64,000 bases of DNA from the human T2T-CHM13v2.0 reference genome, Homo sapiens. The notes beneath the pieces are model-generated. The model was not told the origin of the DNA. It saw only the letters and a list, made by a program, of their open reading frames with translations, and searched no databases. The stretch's first letter is position 1. Every line of letters begins with the position of its first letter. This document shows positions 13,050 through 26,701 of the stretch, in pieces. Where the stretch lies: NCBI RefSeq assembly GCF_009914755.1, contig NC_060928.1, one strand, 5' to 3'. The position numbers and the translations under genes are program-made.

Positions 13050-13670
13050 TAGGTTTGGAACTTGTCCTGCCACTTAGCCACTTGTGCTGTAAGTTGTGAC
13101 CTTAAGCTGTCTAGTCTTTCCAGGGCTCAGTCCCCACATTTATAAAATGGGGATGATACGTGTGTTAGGCTGTTTTTGGATCACTATAAAGAAACGCCTG
13201 AGGCGTGGTAATTTATAAAGAAAAGAGGTTTAATTAGCTCACAGTTCTGCAGTCTGTGCTGCCAGCATCTGCTTCTGGTGAGGGCCTCAGGAAGCTTCCA
13301 ATCACTGTGGAAAATGTGGGGGAACCAGTACATCACATGATGAGAGTGGGGACAAGAGAGAGCGAAGGGGGAGGTGCCACACTCTGTTAAACAACCAGAT
13401 CTCACAGGAACTCGGAAACAAGAACTCTCATCAACAAGGAGATGGTGCTAAGCCATTCATGAGGGAGTCGCCCCTCTGATTGCAACATCTCCTATCAGAT
13501 CCCACCTCCAACACTGAAAACAAAATTTCAACATGAGACCTGAAGGGGACAAATATCCAAACCATGTCAATAACTGTTCTCACCACTTAGGTTGTGATGA
13601 AAATGAAATGAGTCAATAAATACTACACCCTGTAACAGCACCTAGCACCTAGTAAGCTCTCAGTAAATGC
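13050..13670 (+). mobile_element. MIR split by the MSTB insertion
   Basis: ctcagtccccacatttataaaatggggatgata continues after the LTR as ggttgtgatgaaaatgaaatgag..cctagcacctagtaagctctcagtaaatg. Confidence 0.7.
13161..13569 (-). mobile_element. MSTB-type MaLR solo LTR
   Basis: tgtgttaggctg..aatttataaagaaaagaggtttaatt..gccagcatctgcttctggtgagggcctcaggaagctt..ggggacaaatatccaaaccatgtca. Confidence 0.88.
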
Positions 13671-14529
13671 AACCTATGTACAAAGAGATTGTTGCATGAA
13701 ACAGAAAGATCTCTCATCTACTGGATGCTTGCTGGATGTCTGGCACTCTGCTAAGTGCTAATGTATATTTATTCATGTTATCTTCATAGCCATTTTTTAT
13801 TTTAATGTTGTCACTGAAAGAGATGAAGTAATCTGCCCTCAATGGTGCAATTAATAAGGGATAGAGCCCAATGCTAAAGCATTTCCATCTTCCTCTGAAT
13901 ACCATATACTTTTATGACACAGTGCCTGAGCTACATGTGCAAAATACTTAGCCGACACATAGCATACAGCAGGTACTCAATAAATGTAAGCATTGGTATA
14001 ATAATTAGTGGCCTAGGTTTTTTTTTTTCATTTCTCCTGAGAAAAACTGTCAGTAAATTATGATAAACTATTTGCTTTCCTAAGAACAAATAACATGTGG
14101 TTTGACCAAGGTTTATTGCTATTATTATTAATGTTGATAAACATGTTTTATATCAGAAAAATTTTACCAAGTTATAAAAATTAAAATACATTATTATTTT
14201 TAGGGGACAAGAACAAAAGAAAAATATAGAATCCAGCAAAAATAAATCAGTTTAATATGGTTTGTGCAATTGGTATTATAATCATAAAAATTTGAAATAC
14301 AATGACACAAAATAAAAGATGGCTTTGTTCACTGTAAATCAGAAAACATTTATTATCTTCAACTCTGTAAGGACCCTGGCCTGAGTAGAATAAGGGAGAC
14401 AGGTGAACTAAAACAAAGTTGTTCACCTTGAAAACTGTTTGTAAACTAACTGAACCTTTGCCAGGGAGAAGATCACTGATTTCATTGGTTCAGTAAATTG
14501 TTGCCTGTGGTAACCAGGAATGATGCTCC

Positions 14530-15030
14530 TGTGGCAGTTTTAAGCCTGCTGTTGATCCTCTTCCTATTGAGGAAAAGGTCTATGTGTTCGTTCCTGTTAT
14601 CTGGGGCAAGTTTAGTGACTAACACGCCATCAACAGAAAGCGGTAGAAATGGTACTGTGCGACTTCCAAGACTAGGTCATAAAAGTAATGCAGCTTCTGC
14701 TTGGTTCACTGAAACACTTGCTTTTGGGGCCCAAAGCCACCATGTAAGGAGTCTCACAACTCCGAAACTGCCATGCTGTGAAGAAACCCAGGCCACATGG
14801 AAAGGCTGAACATACGTGTTCCTGTCTTCAACCCCACCGAGGTCTCAGCTAACCCCAGACCTGTGCTATGTAAAAAACTCCTCCAGGTGATTCCAACCCC
14901 AGCCACCAGTCGTGCCGGCTATTCCCTGCCCATATTCCTGACCCGTGGAATTGTAGAACACATTAAATGGCTGATTTGAGCTGCTTAGTTTGGAGTAATT
15001 TGTTAGACAGGAGTAAGTAACCGGATATCA
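14530..15030 (+). mobile_element. Old MLT1 LTR (MLT1G/H-like)
   Basis: tgtgcgacttccaagactaggtcataaaag..gccaccatgtaaggagtc..tttggagtaatttgtt. Confidence 0.7.
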
Positions 15031-15264
15031 CATTTTAAAGTCCAAGAGATCACAGGCAATGGAGGCAGAATGAGGTGAAGAGAACGGTGAAGTGGAAGTA
15101 AGGATGCTCAGAGAAGAGTGCCATAGAATTGTGCTGCACTGCCCTCTCCCAACCACTGTGAAGCAGGTGTGATGACTACACTCCTTCTGAGATGTGGAAG
15201 CTGTGGGTGGAGGCTGGAACTGGCTGCTCCAGGTTGAATAGGAAAGAAAGAAAAAGGGCCTTCT

Positions 15265-15646
15265 TGTTATGGACTGAATGCTGTGTTCCATCCCCCAAAA
15301 TATAAGTTGAAGTCCTAACCAACATTGTGATGATATGAGGAGGTATGGACTTTGGAAGGTAATTGGGTTTAGATGTGGAATGAGAGTGGGGCCCTCATAA
15401 TGGGATTAGTGTCCTTAAAATAAGATACTAGAATGCACATTTGCTCACACACTCTAACTCTTTGTCTCTCATGCACATAAGAGGTCATTGAGCACATGAT
15501 GAGAGCCAGTCATCTACAACCCAAAAGAGACTCAGCACCAGAACCTGAACTGAACTGCTCTGCCCAGACTCCAAAACCTTGAGAAATAAATGTCTATTCA
15601 TTAAGACACCCTGTCTATAGTAATAGTAATCCAACTAGACTAAAGA
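15265..15646 (+). mobile_element. MLT1A/B-type MaLR LTR
   Basis: tgttatggactgaatg..gccctcataatgggattagtgtcctt..gagaaataaatgtct..gactaaaga. Confidence 0.8.
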
Positions 15647-16278
15647 TTGTATTTGAACCCAGATCTGTGTGACCACAATATTTTGCTCTGTCCACTGCTG
15701 CACAGAAATGCTTTCCAAAATGGGAGCTCTCAACATTGGGATTCACGGCCTAATCCTAACTCAAATTACAGCTGTGACATGTTGAGCAGGAGTCTTTATC
15801 TTGTGATGCCAGAAAGACATCAAGTAGTCTCTAGAAAGAAAGATTTCTTCTCCACCAGAGAATGATTTTGAGAATTAAGTAGGATGATGTCTTGGGCAAA
15901 GGAATAAAAGCTTTGAAAAAAAATAGTACTTTTCTTAACTCATTAGATGGGACCTCTGACCTGACCTATATTCATTTTGTAGTAAAATTTGACCTGAACC
16001 TAAAGGGAGTAGATTTATAGCCTTAAGGTATTGAGTGTAGTGTAAATTCTTACGAGTTTCCCTACAGACAGTTAATGTGTTTGCTTATGTGGTGTTGCCC
16101 CAGGCCCCTCTAGCAGAGCTGTATAATATTGGGTACCATAAAATCCAGAAAGCCCCAATGCACATTTGGCTCCTCAAGTTTCAGATAAGAGATTGTGGAA
16201 AACTATTGCATTCACTGATACACCATTTCCTTCTCTTTCCCAGCCATGCTGCCACATGTTGTTAAGTGTGAATGGGTA

Positions 16279-17617
16279 TGAGAGGTGAGAGTGTGCTGGC
16301 AGCCCTCACAGCCCTTGCTCGCTCTCAGCGCCTCCTCGGCCTTGGCGCCCACTCTGGCTGCGCTTGAGGAGCCCTTCAGCCCGCCGCTGCACTGTGGGAG
16401 CCCCTTTCTGGGCTGGCCAAGGCCGGAGTCGGCTCCCTCAGCTTGCGGGGAGGTGTGGAGGGAGAGATGGGCTGGAACCGGGGCTGTGCACGGTGATTGT
16501 GGGCCAGCGCGAGTTCCGGGTGGGCATGAGCTCCGCGGGCCCCGCACTCGGAGTGCTGGCCGGCCTTGCCGGCCCCGGGCAGTGAGGGGCTTAGCACCTG
16601 GGCCAGCAGCTGCTGTGCTCAATTTCTCGCCAGGCCTTAGCTGCCTTCCCGCAGGGCAGGGCTTGGGACCTGCAGCCCGCCATGCCTGAGCCTCCCCCTC
16701 TCTCCGTGGGCTCCAGTGCGGCCCGAGCCTCCCTGACAAGCGCCACCCCCTGCTGCACGGCACCCAGTCCCATCGACCCGCTGAGGAGTGCGGGCGCAGG
16801 GCACGGGACTGGCAGGCAGCTCCACCTGCGGCCCCATTGCAGGATCCACTGGGTGAAGCCAGCTGGGCTCCTGAGTCTGGTGGAGACTTGGAAAACATTT
16901 ATGTCTAGCTAAGGGATGGCAAATACACCAATCGGCACTCTGTATCTAGCTGAAGGTTTGTAAACTCACCAATCAGCACCCTGTGTCTAGCTCAGGGTTT
17001 GTGAATGCACCAATGGACACTCTGTATCTAGTTAATCTAGTGGGGACGTGTGGAACGTTTGTGTCTAGCTCAGGAATTGTAAACACACCAGTCAGCACCC
17101 TGTCAAAACGGACCAATCAGCTCTCTGTAAAACGGACCAATCAGCAGGATGTGGGTGGGGGCCAGATAAGAGAATAAAAGCAAGCTGCCCGAGCCAGGGG
17201 TGGCAACCCACTCGGTCCTGTTCCACATTGTGGAAGCTTTGTTCTTTTGCCATTTGCAATAAATCTTGCTGCTGCTCACTCTTTGGGTCCACACTGCCTT
17301 TATGAGCTGTAACACTCACCACGAAGGTCTGCAGCTTCACTCATGAAGCCAGCGAGACCATGAACCCACTGGGAGGAACGAAGAACTCCAGACGCACCGC
17401 CTTAAGAGCTGTAACACTCACTACGAAGGTCTGCAGCTTCACTCCTGATCCAGCGAGACCACGAACCCACCAGAAGGAAGAAACTCCGAACATATCTGGA
17501 CGTCAGACGGAACAAACTCCGGACACGCTGCCTTTAAGAACTGTAACACTCACCGCGAGGGTCTGCAGCTTCGTTCTTGAAGTCAGTGAGACCAAGAACC
17601 CACCAATTACGAACACA
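16279..17617 (+). mobile_element. LTR12C-like (ERV9) solo LTR, full length (1339 bp)
   Basis: Starts tgagaggtga, ends gaacaca; 4-bp TSD ggta (16275-16278, 17618-17621); GC/CpG-rich U3, tandem tctagct/ccaatc repeats, U5 gtaacactcacc..aaggtctgcagcttc repeats. Confidence 0.96.
16920..17265 (+). promoter_or_regulatory. LTR12 enhancer/promoter core: CCAAT boxes, GATA, AATAAA-type TATA element, poly(A) signal
   Basis: CCAAT at 16928, 16969, 17010, 17113, 17137; AGATAAG 17164; AATAAAAG 17173; second AATAAA 17258. Matches the known NF-Y/GATA architecture of ERV9 LTRs. Confidence 0.75.
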
Positions 17618-19364
17618 GGTATTTCTTTATATTTCTTAAAACTTTATTTGACTGTGACATTTAACAGGATGTTTGAAAAGGGCATATAACAGCCTGCAAA
17701 GAGCCTAGACAGATTTGGGTTCAAAATCTTGCTCTGCTCCATGTTCTTGGTTGGGTGTGAGTATTTAGCATCTCTAAATTTGTTTCTCTAGGTTTTAAAT
17801 GCGGGGAGTGATATATCTCTCGCAAGAATCAGGCCTGGCACTTTAACCACCTTCAGTAGTAGACATCACTTTAATTAAATGCACGTGTTGCTATTATGTT
17901 TGCTAGGAAGCCTTGCTGCCACAAGCTGTCTGTGGCAATCACGACCATTGCCCATGAAGCCAATTTGCATCTCTTGCTCATTAAGTAGCTCACAGTGGCT
18001 GGAAATTTGACAGCCTTAATGTTTGAACTTCTTGAACAGCAGGTTTAGAACTGCCAGTGATTTTCCAAAGTTGTGTCAAACATCAAGCATTACTGAGGTA
18101 GGAGTTTTCCCCAGATGTCTGTGATGAGAGGGAAGTGGTCTCCTCTGGATATAATGATTCATGGGTGCAGGTGTTGGGCTGAATGACACAGGAAGGTAAA
18201 ATCAGGGCTTCTCTTCAAGGAAACGTTAGCCTCAATGTAACTCCTGAGCCAGGAAGCCATTTAATACTAATTAAGCAGCAGAGCTTGAGCCTCAGGCTGG
18301 GTTTCGGAGATCCTCCCTTCTCCTTTTTTTAATGGACCCTTATTACAGAGGCAGAAGGCATATTAACCTAGGACCCAGAGCCTGCTACCATAAATTCACC
18401 ATAAAATCTCGTTGACATTGGTTGACTGTCAGGGATATAAAACTCAGTGCCCATGTTTTCAATTATACAGGACAATTACTCTGTGCATGTCAGTACATGC
18501 AGACCATAGCCATAGTGTGGGATTCATCCCATTCTAACATGTGTGGGAACAGTGGCAATCTGTCTTCACACAGTGTGCCGGGAGGGGGGGCGGTTGAAAA
18601 AGTCCAAGCAATGATCCAAACTCTCTTGTGCATCAGTTCTAGGAAAGGAAAAGATATGTTCTGGTTAGTTTCAGTAATGTTCTTGGCCTTCCTCCCACGT
18701 AGCATATCATCGTGCATTAGAACGATCATTTTACTTATTGACCTCCACTAGCCGTTTGAAGGCTGGAGCCATGTCTATTATTATTATTATTAGTCTTCAG
18801 AATCTGTAATAGCACCATCTGTAGAGATGGTACTCCATAACTATATCAACCTCAGTCTGTGGCACACAGTATTGAGCTCAGTACTTAGGACAATTTATAT
18901 TGAGTGTGTCTCTATAACTACAGCACCTCTGTCCTTTGGAAACTTACCTGTAGCTACTTTAGATGGATATTCTGAATCATTCTGTCTGTGCTCAGAGCCA
19001 AATTATCTGACTGTGGCTGAATCAGACACCAGCATTCAAGGCAAGTTTTTACCAACTTCCCTGGTCACGTGACAAAAACTTCAAACTACACTCTGCCTGT
19101 CTAATCTAAATCCCTCCCCTCCAGGCTGTTGAACATACCTCCAGTGTATTATCTTTCTAACACAGACACGTGTTCTGCTACGAGTGCTACATAAAATGTT
19201 GATTTCTCAAACATCATGTGAAAGTTCTTTACCTTAGCCTTTTGGACTAATTAGCTTATTCTTTCATTGAGTTCAGATGTGTTTTCTGGTATAAACACAC
19301 TGAGCAAGACAGGTCTGTCGCTTCACTGAAGCTGTGCTATCTGTAAGATTTGGACAGTTAGGCC

Positions 19365-19560
19365 TTGGTTTGACTGTAAGCTCTGCCACAGTCTTACCAA
19401 GTCTTACCTGTGGCAAGATTAGGAAATCTTCATGAGCTTCAGTTTCTTCACCTGTAAAATAGGAATAAATAATGCTACCTGAAAAGTTGTGGTGAGGATT
19501 TCATGAGATGCTGAATGGAAAGTGTCTGATGGATCATGATGTAAAATAAATACTAGTTCT
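19365..19560 (+). mobile_element. MIR
   Basis: gagcttcagtttcttcacctgtaaaataggaataaataatgctacc..gttgtggtgaggatt. Confidence 0.75.
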
Positions 19561-20525
19561 CTTCCTATAAACATAACTGTTCTTTGATTCCACAGGAAAT
19601 ACCTTTTTCTATGATCTCCTACTATTTAGGTTTTACCATCCTTCAGTATGACTGGACATACAGGTATTTGTAGTTTGCAAAGTAGTTTTTGTGTATGTGA
19701 GGGCATGGTTCATACCCACAGCGTGAGATAGATGAAGGAAGCATTGGCTTTCCCTTACAAAACAGAAACCAGCGATGTTGAACACAGAGAAGATAAGGAA
19801 CTTTGCAGAGTGACAAGAGTCCTAAGCCTCAGAGCTAGATGCCATATCAAGTGTTAATGAATCAAAATCCCTCAAGGCTTAGCATTTTAGTGCCATGCCC
19901 ACATTTAGACTGCCTGAGTTGTCCTCTTTGCTGTCTTTTCACATCCTTTAGCAGGGTCTCTCTCCTCACTGTACCTAACTCTTGACCTGCATCCCCACTG
20001 CCGTAGGGATGGGTTTTCTCAAACCTGTTCAATCTCTTCTTACAGCTAGATTCAGCAATACTAGATGTCAGTTCTCCATAATTTTGATTTTTATGGGAGA
20101 CATTGAAAGATCTATCATGTGAAACTCCAAACATCAGAGAATGTAGTCTTTTGTAGTGATAAGATTGGTAATGGAGGAAGCTTAGTGATGGAGAGAAGGT
20201 ATCAGATGCCATGGCAATTGAAGGGCTTTTCTGGCTGGTCAAATGAAAGCACCCACTCTGCTCCCTTTTAAAGACTTCTTTCCTTTTACAAGTATGTTAA
20301 CCACAATAATCAATTCCATTAGCATTTACACAATTGCAAATCCAAGTTGTTAAGTATTTTGAGCATGAGTCCCCAATATATGCATGCTTTTAAAAATTTT
20401 GAATTGTATATTTGTGCTAAAAGACTAATATATTTTGTATGTTGTAAAAAAGGACATTAAAAGGAGGTGATAAAGATGACATAAGAATATGTTGAAATGT
20501 CTGGCTATTCCTGATGGCATTATAG

Positions 20526-20867
<342 letters not shown>

Positions 20868-21928
20868 TAAAACTTGGACTTCTTACATAATTTTTCTGTT
20901 CCTGATTACTAAAGTGGGATTATAATGTGTAGTAACTATATGTATTCATTTTATAGGATATGTACATATTTTATTGGATATTTGTAGCTTTTATAGGTAT
21001 GATAATACAACATGCACAGTAATATATGTATGATAATGTGTGCACCTTGTTAGTATTCACCTTGCATTTTACCTTAACTGTGCCTTATGTTGCAAGATAT
21101 TAGCTGATGCTCATGAAAGTGATATGGATCAACATTTTAAATGTTCTTCCAGATAATTTCAGAAGTTTTGTTTTCATCTTACTATATGCCGGAATTCTTT
21201 GGAACATTATTTTAATTCATTAATGTGGCTGCTGGGGATGACTTGAGTCTTAGAAAAACTGTCAATTCTACCGTTTTCTCATTCACATATTCTTGTGCTA
21301 TTCTCATTGCCTTCAATCAGTCATTTCATTCTATAAACACTGTTAAACCACTTGCTTACACTCCTTGCATTCGCATAGTTGACATAAGATCATGCAACCC
21401 ATAAATATAATTAACCAGGAACACATAAACTGCAGCGCATTAAAATACAAGCGATAGAGGTCCCCGGCTTCCCCTTGAATATCTGTGCTCTCCAATACAA
21501 ACAAACAAACAAACCAAAAAACAAAAAAAACAACGAAACCGAAGTTTTAGCTGGTTGGGAAGATTACATACTACCCTGGTCTCCTTTGCTGCTAATTCAA
21601 TCATTTGACTAGGTTCTGGATAGTGACATGTGAACAAATTGATGAGTGCGACCTAAATAGAAAAAGAATATGTGCTTCCTAATTTTTTTTTTGGCAAAAG
21701 CTGAAGCTTCCATCTTTTTTTCACAATAGGGAATCCTTATGCTCAGAATGGCTGAACAATACTATTGTAAGTTTGTGAGTGTTCCACACCACAGAGTTAC
21801 TATTTGAACCCTGGGCTGCTCACACCCATGCTATTAGGGCACTTGGAAATAAACCTCTTATTACTCATTGATATTTTTGTTTTTGTTATAGCAACAAAGT
21901 GAACATTCCCAACTAATACAATATGCTA

Positions 21929-22359
<431 letters not shown>

Positions 22360-22608
22360 TCACACAGCTTAAATTTTTTCTTACCTTTCAGATTAAAAAT
22401 CAATAAAACAGGATCTTTTTTTTCCCTTGCCCCATACAGAACACTAGACATTTGAATAATTTTCTGGGTTACCGTTAATTTTTTCCCATTTTTCTTCTGT
22501 ATACTGTTTTTACCAACCTTGAGCAACATTTTTGAAGGCAAGGAATAGCTTTGTCTGCAACTTTTTTGAAGGCAAAGGTATTCTGTACTTGTAACCATTT
22601 CTGTATAT

Positions 22609-22800
22609 CAGTGGTTCTCAAAATATGGTCCCTGGAATTAGCATCAACTGGGAATTTGTAGGAAATGCAATTTATTGATCTGTACCCCAGAATTGTTGAA
22701 TCAAAAATTCTAGGATGGGCCCGAACAACTGTTTTTTTTTTCTTCCTTTTTTCAAGTCTTCCAGGGGACTCTAGGCCCAGCCTAAATACAAGAATCACTA
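22609..22800. mobile_element. MER5A (hAT-Charlie MITE)
   Basis: TIR cagtggttctcaaa / agaatcacta; agcatcaactgggaatttgtaggaaatgcaa. Confidence 0.8.
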
Positions 22801-24409
22801 CTGTGATAGTTTGCTCTTAAATCTCAAGTGCTTAAGGAAGAGCCATAATTAAATGATAAAAGGTGGTGAAGTGATGGGATTTAAAGTGATGTTAGGCAGG
22901 CAGGAAGTGCTGTGGGACTCTCCAAATAAAGGTTTTAGAATGTCCCCAGTGAAGGACAGAATGTTTCCACCAAAAGATTTAACAGCTTGTGATAGAGGGC
23001 TGGCTGATCATGGCAGCTGATAAAGAAAAGTTCTTCCTTAAGTAAGTGTGAGAGTACTACAGAGCTGGCAGAACTGGGTGGGCAGCTCACCAGGCTGGGG
23101 CTGCTATTGGGCTCCACAAACAAGAAGTCTGTGTGGGATTAACTCCCAAGAGAGTACACAGTGGTATAAGAATGATCAAAACTAAGATAGTGGCTCCCAA
23201 GGGGTGAAATATTAGCATAGAAGGACACAAATAGATTTCATGAGAAAAATAAACATCTATGAGCAAATCAATGTGGGCCCAACAGTTAACACTTTCTCTA
23301 CTACAGTACTTGCCAAGCCTTTAATATCCTAATAACCATTTCAAATCTCCAAGAAAGGGCTATAGTAAGCAGCACCTCAGGGAAATTTATGGATCAGCTA
23401 TTCTTTGAAACAGACTTTTAAAACAATGTTAGGAACAGAATGTGTACAAATTCCAACTCAAGTGTTTTGAGTAGAGGGAAATAATTGAAAAATAATGAAG
23501 ACTGAGCTTGAGGCAGGCGGTTCTAGGTAATTTATGTGGATACCAGTGTTTATAGTTCACCTCTGTGACTTGGTTAGGATCTAGTGCAGTTCATTCTCAT
23601 TCATTCCACAAGGTGGAATGCTAATCATTGGATTTTCATGATGGGTGTTTTGTTGATAATCTGTTAATTTCTGTTGATGATTATGTTGATGATAAAGCTG
23701 ATATCTAGTGATACTTGCCTCTTCTGATATAGTCCCATTGATGATCCTAACACCAAAAGGCCCATGAATGGAGTGGTTGTGGTGGGTAGAATATGAGATC
23801 ATTAATTTCCTTGAAATCAACAAGGCTTGAAGGAGATAACTACTGATATAAGGAATCTAGATGGCATGTTGAATCTGGTTCAGGACACAGTTCATCACTG
23901 AGGATATTGAGAGAATCTTGGTCAAAATTTTGCATTGAATCAAGGAAATGTCAAATGTGCATTGGGTTCAAGATGGAACTCAGCCAGGCTGCAGATGGAA
24001 AGCCAAAGAGAAATCTTGGGGGTGGGGAATGGCAGAGACGTGGGTCTCAAGGAGAAATGGCTGTGGTCTAATGGGCACAAACCCTCAACCAAGCCACTTT
24101 GAAGACAGTGTTTGGAAAACCAAGATGAGCTCAGAAGAAGCAGCTTGAACACAGGATCTGAGGCCCAGCTCACCGTGTGTGGTAACTATAAGTGGTCAGT
24201 ACAGCTGGGCAGTGATGAAAAGGGACTAGGAGATGAGGATGGAGAGCTATGCAGAGACAAGATCAACAGGTTATACCTTCACACAGCAAAGGGAAATCAT
24301 TACATCTGCATTTTAGAAATAGTAGGTGGGAAGGAAGTGTGTGAGGAAGACAAGCCTCTAAGCAGAGAGACCAGAGAAGTGGAAACAGCATGATCTGTTG
24401 AGATTGTTG

Positions 24410-24600
24410 AGAGCCTGGGCTCTGTCATCAGATGGACTCAGCTTGAAACCTAGTTTTGCCACTTGTTAATGAGATGAACTTCTATGGCCTACTTAACTTC
24501 ACTAAATGTCAATTTCATATCTTCAATAGGAAATATAATAATGTATGCCTTGGAGGGATATTGAGAGAATTAAGTAATAAAAGGCATATGTAGCAGGTTC
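24410..24600 (+). mobile_element. MIR
   Basis: gctctgtcatcagatggac..tacttaacttcactaaatgtcaatttc..ttgagagaattaa. Confidence 0.6.
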
Positions 24601-24732
24601 ACAACACAGATATACAGAGAAAACAAAAAATTTAAAAAAGTTTTGTCTGGTGTTTCTCATGAGCTCTCAAACACCTGGTAAAAGAAACAACAACAAAACA
24701 CTTTGTTTTAGTTAACTCTTATTTAAAGAGTT

Positions 24733-25355
24733 TGTATTAGTTTGCTATTTCTATCCTAACAAATTACCACAAACTTAGTAGCTTACAACAACACACGCTT
24801 GTTATCTAACAGTCTGGGAGGCAGGCGTCCATACAGGTCTCACTGGACGGAAGTGAAGGATTTGGCAGGGCTGTGTTCATTTCTGGAGGCTCTAGGGGCA
24901 AATGTGTTTCCTATTCACTCAGGTTGTTGACAGAATTTAATTTCTTGCAATTGGAAAACTGACATTCCTCTTCTCTGGCTGGCTGTCAGCTGAGGGACAT
25001 ACCTAGTATTTAAAGGCCACTGGTCAAGGCTCATTCCTTGGGTCATGGCTTTTCTCCTTCATTTTCGAAGCTGCCAATGGCTAATTAAATCTATGCCATG
25101 CCACACTTCTCTGATCCTTCTTCCATTGTCAACTCTCTATCTCTGACCACAGTCTGGAAAGGGTATTTCCTTGTAAGGACTCATGTGATTAGACTGGGCC
25201 CAGCCAGATGAATCTGGGATTACCTCCCAATCTCAAAGTCTGTACGGTTAATTGGATCTGTAAAGTCCCTCTTGCCATGTGAGGTAATACATTCACAGGT
25301 TCCAGGGATTAGGCTGTGGACGTATTTGGGAGGCCATGATTCTGGATAACACACA
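24733..25355 (-). mobile_element. MLT1 LTR (MLT1E/F-like)
   Basis: tgtattagtttgcta..aacaaattaccacaaacttagtagctta..ttctggaggctctagggg..cacaggttccagggattagg. Confidence 0.8.
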
Positions 25356-25899
25356 ATTTCTCCACATAATGTCTGGTTTTATTTGGAAAAAAATAACTCT
25401 GTTCTCAGATACCTTTTAACCAATCTACTTTCTGCTTCTCTTTGGCAAAAGCACTGCAATGTGTATACAAGGCGGAAATAGAGGGTTGAGGGCTGAGAGG
25501 TGAGGAGGGACATACATGTGATTTTCTCTCTCTCTCCTTGTTAGAGTTTATTTATGATCTGTGATTGATTGATACTCACCTTGATGTCTTTGAAATTAGG
25601 AAACCTAGGTTGTTGTAATGGCTTCTAATGAGTCCCTGGCCCAGGGGATCCCTTCCTACAGGCCTTATTTGGCATCACTTTGTTCCTATCATGGGTCCCT
25701 CTGGCAAGTTCAGCAGCCAGAACCCTCAGCCACTATCATCCTCTCTTTTCTGTGTCCCTTAGGCACTTTCCGATCCTTTCCACACCAAACAGGAGTCAAA
25801 GGGATTCTGGGGAGCGAAACTCAGGCCTTCTCCTGGGCCCATCTACCTCTCTCAAACATGTGCACCCTGTGTAACTGCCCCTTTCTCTCCTGGAGATTG

Positions 25900-26701
25900 T
25901 GAAATGGGAAAAGTTCCCTTATCCCCCTCACAGGGTGTGCGATGGGGGTGTGGCCCACTTCTTAGGTGCCCTGCTGCTCAAACCCCTGGGGGAAGCATGC
26001 AGACAGGCAGGTCATGGGGTTCCAACCCCATGGCAGCATCTAGGGTTGAGTGTTTACAACTCTCAAAGCCCCAGTGGGCGTGTGTTACAGTGTGTTCTTT
26101 CTGCGTAGTAGACCACAGACAACTTGTGTTAATCAGCTCAATTAGACCCTCTTCCTTATGGCAAGGACAGAGGGCTTTCAGTATCCTGGGGTTTTTGCCC
26201 TAGTGTACCAGAAAAACCAGATCACACATGGGCTTGGGGAATGAGTGCAAGGTTCTATTGAGTGTAAGTAGCTCTCAGCAGATGGATGGAGAGCCAGAAG
26301 GGGGATGGAGTGGGAAACTGGTCTTCCCCTGGAGTTGGGCTGCTCAGCAGCCAGGCTCTCTTCTGACCGTTTTTTGGCAGATTTCCCCTTGGCGTCTGAG
26401 TCGTTCTGTTGTTGATGGCCTGCCAGTATCTGTCAGCATCTGTCAGTGTGTTCTGCTGGTGTGTTCTTCTGCTGGTGTGTTCCTCTCAATGTTCAGCCAC
26501 TTGTGTCTGCCCACTAGGGTCTTGAGATTTTTATACGCACAGGATGAGCATGTGGCAGGTCAGAGTGGTCTTGAAAAATGCAACAGGAGTGCCTGTCCTC
26601 ACTTAGGTCCATGGGCACAGGCCTGAGGATAGAGCCCTCACCAGGGACCCTGCCCTTCTCTACCTACCTTCTCTGCCTGTCTCTGCTCCCCTCCCATATC
26701 A
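25900..26701 (-). mobile_element. LTR1-family (ERV1) solo LTR, 802 bp
   Basis: TG...CA termini (tgaaatgggaaaagttccc / cccatatca); 4-bp TSD attg (25896-25899, 26702-26705); cctgtcctcacttaggtccatgggcacagg motif. Confidence 0.85.

Noticed and set aside
16900-17145. Spaced repeats (tctagct / caccaatcagcac) superficially like a CRISPR array
   Set aside because: These are the known LTR12 U3 tandem repeats; the spacers are mutually similar, the context is eukaryotic, and there are no cas genes
16212-17689. Cluster of ORFs up to 228 aa
   Set aside because: They lie almost entirely within the GC-rich LTR12, where stops are rare; no protein family resemblance
22830-24390. Purine-rich region possibly a long internal L2 (minus), with an 8-bp hairpin at 23602-23620
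   Set aside because: The resemblance is too weak to set boundaries, and the hairpin is within chance expectation
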